From: a virus
Lineage: Duplodnaviria; Caudoviricetes
Virus record (IMG/VR): IMGVR_UViG_3300042923_000110
Coordinates: 1 to 43,531 of that record
Strand: one strand, 5' to 3'
Length of the DNA: 43,531 bases
The notes beneath the pieces are model-generated. The model did not search any database. It was not told where the DNA came from and saw only the letters and a program-made list of their open reading frames with translations. Below are positions 33,755 to 42,411 of the stretch, one piece after another. Position 1 is the stretch's first letter. Each line of letters begins with the position of its first letter. The position numbers and the translations under genes were made by a program.

Positions 33755-34107
33755 CATTTACCCCCAGGAATGATCATCTTGCCGTCCATGTGATCAACCA
33801 TCCATTTAGCATACTGCCAACACTTTCCCGCATCTTCTCGCGCTTTTCCTTTTCTGCCAAGTCTCATAGAATACTTAATAACATTTCCCCATAAGAATCC
33901 TTGAAACTGTTCTGCTGTCATTAATTCCTGCATAATTTCTATAGGTTGTTTACTTGTCATGTAGTGGTTAGCTTCTTCTGTTGTGCCTATTCCTATAGGC
34001 GTGTCCCGTGGCTCCCAATACACAAATCCACTTCCGCTGCAATACTCTTTGTCTTCATTGCAATCTCTACATCTTGAACATGATACGCAACTCTTTATTA
34101 CCACCAT
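33754..34107 (-). CDS. DUF3310 (SaV-like) domain protein
   Basis: HY....QPIEIM, GFLWGNVIKYSMRLGRKG...ED..K..WY-like. Confidence 0.8.
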   Translation of the reverse strand: MVVIKSCVSCSRCRDCNEDKEYCSGSGFVYWEPRDTPIGIGTTEEANHYMTSKQPIEIMQELMTAEQFQGFLWGNVIKYSMRLGRKGKAREDAGKCWQYAKWMVDHMDGKMIIPGGK

Positions 34108-34394
34108 CACTCTTTCCCCTTCCGATTCTCTCTGCACCACCAAATGAATTTCACAGCCATAGCAGCAACCTGTATCAACTCACCATCTAATTCTTCCATA
34201 TTTCTCGCCTGTGGCTTTTTTCTTACGTGTTCCCATACTTCCTCTACCTCTTCTAATAAAACGGCATACGCCTCATGTGCGGAAGTGAATTGTGGATATG
34301 CTATGTTAGCATTGTGTATCTCAAAGTAAACTTTATCTAGCATGTCGTTAATATCAATTTGTTTTGGTAAATCAATCATTTTAACGCTTAACAT
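34107..34394 (-). CDS. MazG-like all-alpha NTP pyrophosphatase fold protein
   Basis: SAHEAYAVLLEEVEEVW...ELIQVAAMA. Confidence 0.65.
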   Translation of the reverse strand: MLSVKMIDLPKQIDINDMLDKVYFEIHNANIAYPQFTSAHEAYAVLLEEVEEVWEHVRKKPQARNMEELDGELIQVAAMAVKFIWWCRENRKGKE

Positions 34395-34769
34395 CTATCC
34401 AACCACCTTTATCTCAATTTCTACCCTCGGATTTTCCTTATCTACTCCAACTATCCGACTACCATCTAAACTAACAATTAACGCATCATCTTTGATTATC
34501 TCTGCCTTTTGCAGTATATCGTGGCTTGCTGCCAATAAATTTGTAAGATCTGTTTTACGCTTATCTTTTAGGTAATACAGGCAAGTAACTTTTATTTTTT
34601 CATTAATCGGCTCTTTAACATAACATCCTTCAAATCCCATTTGTTCTAAACAATCTTTCTCATACTCCCTATACGCCTTGCTTTGTATTAATCTTGGTCT
34701 ACCACCGCACGATATAATCTGCATGCTATTTTTTTTGGTAATTGGCTTTCCATATAATGTAATTTTCAT
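34395..34769 (-). CDS. rusA: RusA Holliday junction resolvase
   Basis: GKPITKKNS, DLTNL....HDIL....IIKDD, DKENPRVEI. Confidence 0.88.
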   Translation of the reverse strand: MKITLYGKPITKKNSMQIISCGGRPRLIQSKAYREYEKDCLEQMGFEGCYVKEPINEKIKVTCLYYLKDKRKTDLTNLLAASHDILQKAEIIKDDALIVSLDGSRIVGVDKENPRVEIEIKVVG

Positions 34770-35048
34770 CTACTCACGCTCCTCCGCCAGCAATTCGGAT
34801 CGTTTTTGGCAGAAACTAATAAATTTACAATCGCCGTCACATTCTTTCCATTTGCCGAAACCCCCACTAGTACAAACATATCCATGTAAATTGACTGCCA
34901 ACCGCCCCAACTCAGCGTATTTTTCTTGTTGTTCGATATAATCTGAAATTTCATTTGCTATTTCATCAGCTAACAATACCACCCTATTGCCGTCTTTCAT
35001 TAATCCATCAGGCTTTAGAAAATATATCATTGTTTTAGCATCCATCAT
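34770..35048 (-). CDS. Hypothetical protein
   Basis: 92 aa, SD GGGGAGG. Confidence 0.65.
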   Translation of the reverse strand: MMDAKTMIYFLKPDGLMKDGNRVVLLADEIANEISDYIEQQEKYAELGRLAVNLHGYVCTSGGFGKWKECDGDCKFISFCQKRSELLAEERE

Positions 35049-35065
35049 TCTGCCTCCCCATTTTC

Positions 35066-35311
35066 TTAATCAACTAACCTCAAAAATACCTTGTTCTCAA
35101 TTTCTTCAAGAGCTACCGTATATTGTCCGAAATATAAACTTTTCCCTATTTCTAAACTATCAATATCATTTACAAGTTTTATCCACTGCTTATTCGCCAA
35201 TGGATTGTCATTATTTAGAGGATTTGCTTTAGGTATTAAAAAACTAGCTATTTTAAACCTAGATGCATCACAAAAACAGACATTATCTTCAGTAACACAC
35301 CATGCTTTCAT
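35066..35311 (-). CDS. Hypothetical protein
   Basis: 81 aa, SD AAGGAGGT. Confidence 0.65.
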   Translation of the reverse strand: MKAWCVTEDNVCFCDASRFKIASFLIPKANPLNNDNPLANKQWIKLVNDIDSLEIGKSLYFGQYTVALEEIENKVFLRLVD

Positions 35312-35332
35312 TTTTGATTTACCTCCTTACAT

Positions 35333-35737
35333 TTACTTTCCCAGCGATTTAGTGTAATGACTACTTCCGATGATCGTACCCTTCATGTTCCACGTCTTAG
35401 CACGTTTAGACAGTGGCATTTTGATAGGCTCCACTCTGTTACCATACTGCTTTAGATAATCTTCTATCTCTGTTTTACTTACTGTAATCGCCTTGCACGG
35501 TGAACTCCTAACTGGTGGCATCTCCTTGCCTGTAGGCTCATATTTATCCGATGCACTCCGCATTAACTTATTTTTTAGATAATTACCATCTTTTATCTTG
35601 TAGATAAAGTTTTCTACCTTGCAAAGTGGTGCTCCAACTTCTCTTGCTATACCCTGTAACTTCATTCCGCTACCTCTAAGTCTAAGGATCATTTGCTCTT
35701 GTCGTAATGTTAATTCAGCATTTTTAAACACCTGCAT
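35333..35737 (-). CDS. HTH-domain protein
   Basis: ILRLRGSGMKLQGIAREVG. Confidence 0.65.
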   Translation of the reverse strand: MQVFKNAELTLRQEQMILRLRGSGMKLQGIAREVGAPLCKVENFIYKIKDGNYLKNKLMRSASDKYEPTGKEMPPVRSSPCKAITVSKTEIEDYLKQYGNRVEPIKMPLSKRAKTWNMKGTIIGSSHYTKSLGK

Positions 35738-35894
35738 AATATAACCTCTCTATTTCACGATTTAAGCGATTTAATTTACGCTTGTATGTATTTCTATGTC
35801 TGCCGTTTAAAGTAACGTCTATGATTAAATTCGACCGCTTTTCTTGCATTTCTATAATTGATTTCCTGTTCTTATTTCCTGCAAGCCAGTCCAT
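35724..35894 (-). CDS. Hypothetical basic 56-aa protein
   Basis: Hand translation MDWLAGNKNRK...; SD GGGGAG. Confidence 0.5.
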   Translation of the reverse strand: MDWLAGNKNRKSIIEMQEKRSNLIIDVTLNGRHRNTYKRKLNRLNREIERLYYAGV

Positions 35895-35896
35895 AA

Positions 35897-37165
35897 TCAA
35901 CACTCCCCTATAAAATCCATCTTTTCGCCATTGAATTTCAAAAGTATCTTGCCTTTCGGACCATTACGATTTTTATCAATAACAAGGAAGTAATTGTATC
36001 CGCCTTTTTTCTCGTACTCTTTGCGATTAGCCTCATTCATTTCTTGCAAGTACATGAATAGATCTGCCTCGTTCTTGATAGCTTTTGCTCCCTCTAACTT
36101 TTCCTCTTCCGTCAATTGAGCAAGCATGATAACAGTGATTCCTAACCTCTGCGCTAGTGTCTTTAGTTTCTTGGCTATTGATCGCATTACCTGATATTCC
36201 TTAAGCTTTGGATCTGTCGTCTCCATCCTGCCAATGTAGTCAACAATTAGCACCTTAATACCCTTCTGTGATTTAAACTTATTAGCTACTGATATTACTT
36301 GATCTACTGTAAGCTCCGGCAGCGTTACATTATAAAACTTACTTTGTGACATCAGTGTTAGGTTTTCTGCTAGTGCATCAACTTGACAAGGTTGTAAATT
36401 CCCTGTGGCTATGTCACTATACTTGATACTCGCATGTTCTCTAGTAATCAGTGCAGCAAGCCTGATATCTATTTGTTGCTCGTTCATTTCAGTGTTTACA
36501 TACAGCAATTCATACTTCTGCATAATTGCTATGTCTCTTGATAAGTTTAGTGAAAATGCTGTCTTACCTCTGCCAGTCTCAGCACCAAGAATAATCAATT
36601 CACCTGGCTGAAACCCACCATTAATTATCTTGTTCAGCTTGCCGTAAGATGTTTTAATGCCTCCGCTAGACTTGTTATTTACTCGATCAACGATTGTTGT
36701 TAGTATGCTTGTGGCTCTCTCTTCTGGCGTGACAATATGTACATCCGTCGTCTCTACGTTGATTCCATATACCTTGTCTTGTAGCTCTGACAATATCTCG
36801 TTGATATCGTCACCGTCTATTAATCGTCTAGAAGTTTGTTCAGCAATGTTTTGTAGTTCGAAAGCCTTATGATTGTTTCTTAGCTTATCAATTACATATT
36901 CAAATTCTCCTCTAGTACAAAACGACTGGCTAACCATCAGCCATTTGGTGTGATTCTTAACAAGGATAGGTTTTATTTCTTCATAGACGGTAACCAAGCT
37001 AATTGTTTTACCATCAGAGTACATTGACTTGATTGTTTCGAATATTATCCGGTTCATTTTATTTGAAAAGTACTCTGGCTTTATATCTGCTATAGCCATA
37101 TCTAAACATTGCTGATATGAGCACATAGCATTTAATGCTTTAGCCTCTAAATCTAAGTCAATCAA
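35897..37165 (-). CDS. dnaB: Replicative DnaB-family helicase
   Basis: GAETGRGKT, NTEM, IVDYI, LAQL, DKNRNGP. Confidence 0.93.
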   Translation of the reverse strand: MIDLDLEAKALNAMCSYQQCLDMAIADIKPEYFSNKMNRIIFETIKSMYSDGKTISLVTVYEEIKPILVKNHTKWLMVSQSFCTRGEFEYVIDKLRNNHKAFELQNIAEQTSRRLIDGDDINEILSELQDKVYGINVETTDVHIVTPEERATSILTTIVDRVNNKSSGGIKTSYGKLNKIINGGFQPGELIILGAETGRGKTAFSLNLSRDIAIMQKYELLYVNTEMNEQQIDIRLAALITREHASIKYSDIATGNLQPCQVDALAENLTLMSQSKFYNVTLPELTVDQVISVANKFKSQKGIKVLIVDYIGRMETTDPKLKEYQVMRSIAKKLKTLAQRLGITVIMLAQLTEEEKLEGAKAIKNEADLFMYLQEMNEANRKEYEKKGGYNYFLVIDKNRNGPKGKILLKFNGEKMDFIGEC

Positions 37166-37869
37166 AATATTTGCAACTCCTCACTCTTAGATTGATTTTT
37201 GGCAAATGGTTGTTTCTTATTAACAGCATCTACAACCCATCTACGAATAGCCAAGTTATGATTTTTACTTTTGTAACTTTTCTCTTCTATGTACTCGTCC
37301 AGAAACTTAACAAGTTTATCAAACATATCAAGTCCGTAATCAGCTACCAACTTTTCGTACTCTTTGGTGGTCAAATTCACCTTGCCAAATTCACCATATA
37401 TGTTCTTCTTTTCATTCTTATCATTCTTTACATTCTTGTTTGTGTCCATTTGTTGTTCATTTGCTGTCCATTTGTTGTTCATTTGCTGTTCTGGGAATGC
37501 GCTTGAACCGTTGATATTACTAGGTTCGTAGCTGTCCGTTTTTTCAACCTGGTAACCTGTCCAGTTTACAATAGTTATGACGCTGTATTTGGTGTAAGAA
37601 ACTATCTCTAAACTCGGATTGTTTTTATCTGCTAAGAATTGCATTAATCGCCAAACTGTAGATTCTGTTATGCTTAATTCTTCTGCTGATTTTTTTCTAC
37701 CAAAGATAAACTGTCCAGGTTCAAGCCAAACTTTCTGTAATCCGACTAATTGTTCATACCCTGTATGAGTGGCTTTTAATAGACACCAAATCCAAACCTT
37801 AAGTAACTTTTCATTTTGGAATATTGGCTTATCAAGCAAAGTTCTTGATAATTTTACCCATCCTGCCAT
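37162..37869 (-). CDS. Phage replication initiator (lambda O/DnaD-like)
   Basis: MAGWVKLSR, WIWCLLKA.H, GQFIFGR, SVITIVNW..YQ; internal iterons; upstream of the helicase. Confidence 0.85.
   Translation of the reverse strand: MAGWVKLSRTLLDKPIFQNEKLLKVWIWCLLKATHTGYEQLVGLQKVWLEPGQFIFGRKKSAEELSITESTVWRLMQFLADKNNPSLEIVSYTKYSVITIVNWTGYQVEKTDSYEPSNINGSSAFPEQQMNNKWTANEQQMDTNKNVKNDKNEKKNIYGEFGKVNLTTKEYEKLVADYGLDMFDKLVKFLDEYIEEKSYKSKNHNLAIRRWVVDAVNKKQPFAKNQSKSEELQIF
37411..37491. repeat. Lytic origin: 11-bp iterons TTTG(T/C)TGT(T/C)CA x4-5 plus CATTCTT x3
   Basis: Iterons at 37439-37491 inside the initiator gene, as in lambdoid ori. Confidence 0.75.
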
Positions 37870-38708
37870 TTCACCACCTCGATCAAAACACTTTTCATAT
37901 ATGCCTTGGTTGCTGCTGGTCTTTGCCAAGTTCTTTGAAACGTAGTCCACTCTCGACTATATTTCTTTTTTTCTAATTCAGCAGGTTGAAATAATTGTGC
38001 AAATGGCATTGCTCCGGCTAAAAATATTTTTCTTAATCTTGATTCATTTTCTTTGATGTCGTCGCCGATCAGAGCATAGCACCTTATTTTGTTCCGATTA
38101 AAACCAGCTTTATATAATCTTTCACAAGTCCGTTTTACAACTTCTACTTTGCCTTTAGTATCACAAGCAAGCCATAATTCTTTAATCCTCAAACCTTGCA
38201 TTTGCTCAATATCCCAATCAGTTAATAAATCAGGTTGTAACCCTCCACGAAAGATTATTTGACGTTGTGTTTTAAGCATTTCATACGCTTTCGCTCGGTG
38301 CTGCTTGCTACATTGCAAAAAGTTGTTATCCTGTATAACGTTACCTGGTTGAATATCTATTTCTTTTAACTTCCCTTCACGTTCAGGAACAAAACACCAT
38401 TTACATGAGTTGTTACAACCTTGTGAACAAAAAGTGATTCCTTTTCTAACATACATTCCAGGAATAAAACCACCACCACCATCACCAAATGCGGGGCCAC
38501 CAATTTTTACAGGTTTATCGGTCTTTACTTCCCATTCACTTTTTAAATATTCACACCGTTTTATATCCCAAGTAAAAACACAACACACATGCACTTCATC
38601 GTGATCCGGGATAAAAAGTCCTGGTACATCGAAGAAACAATATTCATCATCAGGCGTATATGAGTTTCTTTCTGGAAAAACTCTAATTATTTTAATTTTT
38701 ACCACCAC
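37854..38708 (-). CDS. Radical SAM superfamily protein
   Basis: CNNSCKWC (CxxxCxxC), IGGPA, DNNFL. Confidence 0.8.
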   Translation of the reverse strand: MVVKIKIIRVFPERNSYTPDDEYCFFDVPGLFIPDHDEVHVCCVFTWDIKRCEYLKSEWEVKTDKPVKIGGPAFGDGGGGFIPGMYVRKGITFCSQGCNNSCKWCFVPEREGKLKEIDIQPGNVIQDNNFLQCSKQHRAKAYEMLKTQRQIIFRGGLQPDLLTDWDIEQMQGLRIKELWLACDTKGKVEVVKRTCERLYKAGFNRNKIRCYALIGDDIKENESRLRKIFLAGAMPFAQLFQPAELEKKKYSREWTTFQRTWQRPAATKAYMKSVLIEVVKWQDG

Positions 38709-38731
38709 CCACGCATATTCCCCACCACATC

Positions 38732-39154
38732 AGCGCATACTATCCAAAAGTCATTTATTTAATTCTAATCTCAATTTATCTACTGCTTCTTGTGGACTTC
38801 TTCCAAATCCACATGGACTTTCTTGAATATTAGTAAATCCTTCACCAGTAGCGCACCATGCATTGCCATCTAAATAAACATTAATATCTGTTTCCCACCA
38901 ATCAGGAGCCTTGCCAACATTAGGAGCAGGATTAGTGTAAGATTTATTACAATATGGGTCATTGCAACGCCATCCACCACCGTAATCAAAAGTAGATGTT
39001 CCACAATCAGGACAAGGTCCTAATAATCTGTGGAATGCGATTCCATTTTGATAATCAGTCCCTTGTCCATGAGTCCATGAACCTTTACCAGTTTCATAAG
39101 CCTTACTCATTTATATCAACTTCCTTTTAATTTTTAGCGCATACTATCCAAAAG
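38732..39154. repeat. 19-bp perfect direct repeat AGCGCATACTATCCAAAAG flanking one gene
   Basis: Copies at 38732-38750 and 39136-39154. Confidence 0.85.
38751..39110 (-). CDS. Hypothetical Zn-ribbon protein (cassette cargo)
   Basis: CPDC...C....C; DGNAWCA...F.NIQES..GFG.SP. Confidence 0.7.
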   Translation of the reverse strand: MSKAYETGKGSWTHGQGTDYQNGIAFHRLLGPCPDCGTSTFDYGGGWRCNDPYCNKSYTNPAPNVGKAPDWWETDINVYLDGNAWCATGEGFTNIQESPCGFGRSPQEAVDKLRLELNK

Positions 39155-39166
39155 GGGAAAAGGGAA

Positions 39167-39661
39167 TTAACTCCCCACTTCCTTATCTTGAATACTAAGT
39201 AGCATATCTACTATTAACCTTATCCGGTCAGCTCTTTTACTTTTGCCATTGTGATATGCCTTATGGCAGCAAGGACACAACCAAAGCACATTTAATTTTT
39301 CAAGGTAATTGTTATGATGCGCTTCTGTTTTTCCTTGTTTACTGCATATCTGGCAAGTATTAGACCTTACCATTGTTCCATTTTTAATTGCTCTAGTTAT
39401 TGCATTATGACAAGCTTGATATCCTGGTATTTGATGTCTTCTAGTTCTAGTTATTTTAGTTTTACTTGCTTGTCTCTTATCGGTGTTTAGTCTATTTCTG
39501 TCGTATTCTCTTATTGATTCAATATTTTCTTCACGATGTTTGCTAACGCGATTTCTAACACAATTTTTGCATTTATTTAAATGACCATCACCCATTGATT
39601 TATGTATATAAAAATCATCAATTGGCAACTCTTTATTGCATTCTCGACAAACTTTAGTCAT
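39167..39661 (-). CDS. HNH-like endonuclease with N-terminal Zn finger
   Basis: CREC......DFY...CKNC; CQIC...EAHH.NY...V.WLC..CH. Confidence 0.75.
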   Translation of the reverse strand: MTKVCRECNKELPIDDFYIHKSMGDGHLNKCKNCVRNRVSKHREENIESIREYDRNRLNTDKRQASKTKITRTRRHQIPGYQACHNAITRAIKNGTMVRSNTCQICSKQGKTEAHHNNYLEKLNVLWLCPCCHKAYHNGKSKRADRIRLIVDMLLSIQDKEVGS

Positions 39662-39670
39662 TTATACCTC

Positions 39671-40072
39671 CTAAAATGGTATATTTTCCTCCGGAAATAC
39701 TTCTGTTCCAAATGAACTTACGTTATATCCGTTTACTGGTGCAGGTTTATTACCATCTCCGCTAAACCTACTAATTTCTTTACCTATAGCATCAACAATC
39801 ATTGTCATTCTTCTGTTTGTTACACCGTCTTTTTCCCATTTTTCTTCTGATATTTTACCTACTACAATCACGTTGTCACCCTTAACAATCTGATTGCCCA
39901 TATTTTCAGCCAATTCTTTAAAACCTACACATTTAACGCTGAAATATTTAGCTTTACCTTCTTGATCTTTGCCGTCGTACACAGAAACACTAACATCTGT
40001 AATGCATGTTCCTGATTGCGAGTATCTAGTATTTGGTTCCCATGCCTTGCCTGTTATTGTTGTTGTATTCAT
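39671..40072 (-). CDS. ssb: Single-stranded DNA-binding protein
   Basis: OB-fold motifs, KGDNVIVVGKI, C-terminal EENIPF. Confidence 0.9.
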   Translation of the reverse strand: MNTTTITGKAWEPNTRYSQSGTCITDVSVSVYDGKDQEGKAKYFSVKCVGFKELAENMGNQIVKGDNVIVVGKISEEKWEKDGVTNRRMTMIVDAIGKEISRFSGDGNKPAPVNGYNVSSFGTEVFPEENIPF

Positions 40073-40074
40073 TA

Positions 40075-40755
40075 TTAATTACCATCCTTTTTACTTTGTT
40101 CTGCTACGTAATCGCTCCACAACTTGTCTAGATTGTCAATTAAGTAACTAGCCTGTACTGTAGTCAACTTTGTACTGCTATCAACCTTGTATTTCCATGC
40201 AATTATTTTTTTCATATCGTCACTACTCAATGCTTTTTCCGTAGCAGTAGCAAATAGTTTCTTACGTTGTATATCACTCATTAATTGGGGCGTGTTAGGT
40301 TTTTGCGGTGTGGTTGGTATGTTTGTATTGGTTGATTTATTCTGTTGCTTAGATTGTGATTTTAGCATTGAACCTTCGTTGGCATCGTCATCGTCTTGGT
40401 ACACGCCAACCATTGCTGCTAGAGCGTAACGCCTGGCATATGTTAACGTGCTGCCGTATCCCTGGGGATCTTGCTTTTGCAATGGCATCTTAATTCTGCT
40501 GCTGATCCACTGACCGCTAGTGTGTAACATAGTCGTGTCAAGTATCAAGCATCCATCTTCCAACCCATCAGGTAGTTGTACTATACTTAGACCGTTTTCT
40601 GCTAGTTGCTTACGGCACGCCTCCCATACACTAGCTAAATCGGCATATTTATTTTTGTGGAATGGGTTTTCAGAATCCTTTACCGCGTGTGTAATTGAAC
40701 CTTGTACTTTTGCCAATGAAACCGCTAATTCGTTTGTTTGTTCCGATCTAGCCAA
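40075..40755 (-). CDS. erf: ERF-family single-strand annealing recombinase
   Basis: KDSENPF...YADL, HTSGQWI, QGYGSTLTYARRYAL, DDDAN. Confidence 0.92.
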   Translation of the reverse strand: MARSEQTNELAVSLAKVQGSITHAVKDSENPFHKNKYADLASVWEACRKQLAENGLSIVQLPDGLEDGCLILDTTMLHTSGQWISSRIKMPLQKQDPQGYGSTLTYARRYALAAMVGVYQDDDDANEGSMLKSQSKQQNKSTNTNIPTTPQKPNTPQLMSDIQRKKLFATATEKALSSDDMKKIIAWKYKVDSSTKLTTVQASYLIDNLDKLWSDYVAEQSKKDGN

Positions 40756-41328
40756 TTACTTATCCCCCTTTGCATAGAAACGATCTTTACCTAACTCAAC
40801 TTTAATGTCTTCCAATACCTCACCATCAGCAGTAATAACTTTATCTCCTTTTATTTGCAACGTTTTCTTAAACTCTCCCCAATTAGCTTTCTTTTCAACC
40901 TCAACAAAACTAACATAACTTTCTTCAAGTAGCTTAATCAGTTTTTCGCTTTTACTACCAACTTCTTCACCATCAATAGTAAATTTATCACCAGATTTCC
41001 TAAATCCGATTGTTCCATTTGGAAGATTAAAGCTTCGCTTTTTACTGCCTTTCAATTGCGTTTCAGCATATGGAGTAAGCAACGATTCAAAGTATGAAAT
41101 TTGATTGTTGTTTTCACATTCAATTGCGTTGTACCATAAATTTATTTGCGCTATGCGTTTTTCTTTTAATTCTTTAGCTTCATCTATTTTTTGTTGAGAA
41201 TGCTTTATTTTTCGTAATGCCCAATCAGCTTTATCTTGATTGTCAATTACATATCCTTGTTGATCGCATGTAATTTGTTCATCTAAAAAATTATCCAAAT
41301 TTTCTTCTAAGTTAGTCCGCATATCCAA
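40756..41328 (-). CDS. Mu Gam-like host-nuclease inhibitor
   Basis: ADWALRKI, LPNGTIGFRK, KKANW..FKK. Confidence 0.8.
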   Translation of the reverse strand: MDMRTNLEENLDNFLDEQITCDQQGYVIDNQDKADWALRKIKHSQQKIDEAKELKEKRIAQINLWYNAIECENNNQISYFESLLTPYAETQLKGSKKRSFNLPNGTIGFRKSGDKFTIDGEEVGSKSEKLIKLLEESYVSFVEVEKKANWGEFKKTLQIKGDKVITADGEVLEDIKVELGKDRFYAKGDK

Positions 41329-41488
41329 GCACCTCCAAATTAACTTTATTCCCTAACTCCAAATCATCACCATGCAGCCTCTTAAGCTATTTCTCAGCCT
41401 TGTCCATCGCTACCTCGCTAATCAGTGCATCGACCTCTATTGATATGCCAACATCAACAAACATTACTTTGTAAAGTCTAGCTTTCAT
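41312..41488 (-). pseudogene. 59-codon gene interrupted by an in-frame TAG (41389-41387)
   Basis: Hand translation MKARLYKVMF...DKAEK*LKRLHGDDLELGNKVNLEVLGYAD; both ends overlap neighbouring genes. Confidence 0.45.
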
Positions 41489-41703
41489 AATTCGCCATCA
41501 TCCTCCATTTGCTTATATTCGTTCAGATGATACTTGCTACAGAAAGTTAATCCATCATACGGCTCTACTTCCTGCCCATCAGCTATCAACACACCACACA
41601 AATGACATTCAGCTATAATTTCTAGCGGTGGATCCTCTACAATCGGTCTGCGTGTGTAGCGGAATGGTTTTTCTAAGTACTCTTGCGTTATATCTCGTAA
41701 CAT
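41485..41703 (-). CDS. Small Zn-finger protein
   Basis: CHLC...FCSKYH. Confidence 0.7.
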   Translation of the reverse strand: MLRDITQEYLEKPFRYTRRPIVEDPPLEIIAECHLCGVLIADGQEVEPYDGLTFCSKYHLNEYKQMEDDGEL

Positions 41704-41772
41704 GCTACAATCACCTCAAGAATGTTTTCCTTTCTAGTCCTCCATTTGCCGATGGTGGACTTTTTGTTTTAC

Positions 41773-41898
41773 TCACCATTGCCCGGGCATCAAGAACAGT
41801 ATTGCGATGAATGCCACTCCTAACAATATGCACTCTGCACATTCTGCGTTTAGTCGTTGCTGCCTAACTATGCTTGATACTCTGTGTGTTGTTAGCAT
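41773..41898 (-). CDS. 41-aa peptide with C-terminal TMD
   Basis: Hand translation ...CILLGVAFIAILFLMPGQW; SD GGAGG. Confidence 0.55.
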   Translation of the reverse strand: MLTTHRVSSIVRQQRLNAECAECILLGVAFIAILFLMPGQW

Positions 41899-41901
41899 TC
41901 T

Positions 41902-42246
41902 TTAACCTCCTTGCTGTTGTATTTCAGGGAATGTAACCATTTCTATGATTTGGTCAGATATAGCAATTGCCTGTTCTACCTGTTCTTCTCTTAAATATGA
42001 AACACCGGAAATGTTTAGCGAGAATCTGATAATTAAGTAAATGGCGTTTTGGATCTTGTATGTATCCCATCTTTTCATTGTTCCTAGCAATCTTTTTTCA
42101 ATATGATCTCTTACCTGTTTCCAAGGCTTTTCTTTTACCTCTTGAACTTGCTGCATTTCTTGCCTGACTTCTTCTCGAATTTGTTCCCTAAGTTTTTTGG
42201 TTATTAATTCTACTAGAAATTCATCTTTAATTTTGACTTCTGACAT
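41902..42246 (-). CDS. Hypothetical early protein
   Basis: 114 aa, SD AAGGAGG. Confidence 0.7.
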   Translation of the reverse strand: MSEVKIKDEFLVELITKKLREQIREEVRQEMQQVQEVKEKPWKQVRDHIEKRLLGTMKRWDTYKIQNAIYLIIRFSLNISGVSYLREEQVEQAIAISDQIIEMVTFPEIQQQGG

Positions 42247-42261
42247 TTTCTTATAACCTCC

Positions 42262-42411
42262 TTATTTCCCCGTCCTGTATAACCGCCAGTCTCTAACATT
42301 TTCGCATTGCGGTTTATCACATGTATTAATTTGACCACAGACCATAGCACACTTTTGGGGTTGTCCATCTTTAATGCATGATTGGCATGGACATTTGTTT
42401 TCATGGTGCAT
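42262..42411 (-). CDS. Cys-rich 49-aa protein
   Basis: Hand translation MHHENKCPCQSCIKDGQPQKCAMVCGQINTCDKPQCE...; SD GGAGG; TAATG overlap. Confidence 0.6.
   Translation of the reverse strand: MHHENKCPCQSCIKDGQPQKCAMVCGQINTCDKPQCENVRDWRLYRTGK

Noticed and set aside
37439-37491. 11-bp tandem repeats as a novel element
   Set aside because: Ordinary lambdoid-type iterons inside the initiator gene; listed as a feature
42213-42404. 63-aa ORF in the track
   Set aside because: The alternative frame 42262..42411 has the SD, TAATG coupling and no overlap with the next gene
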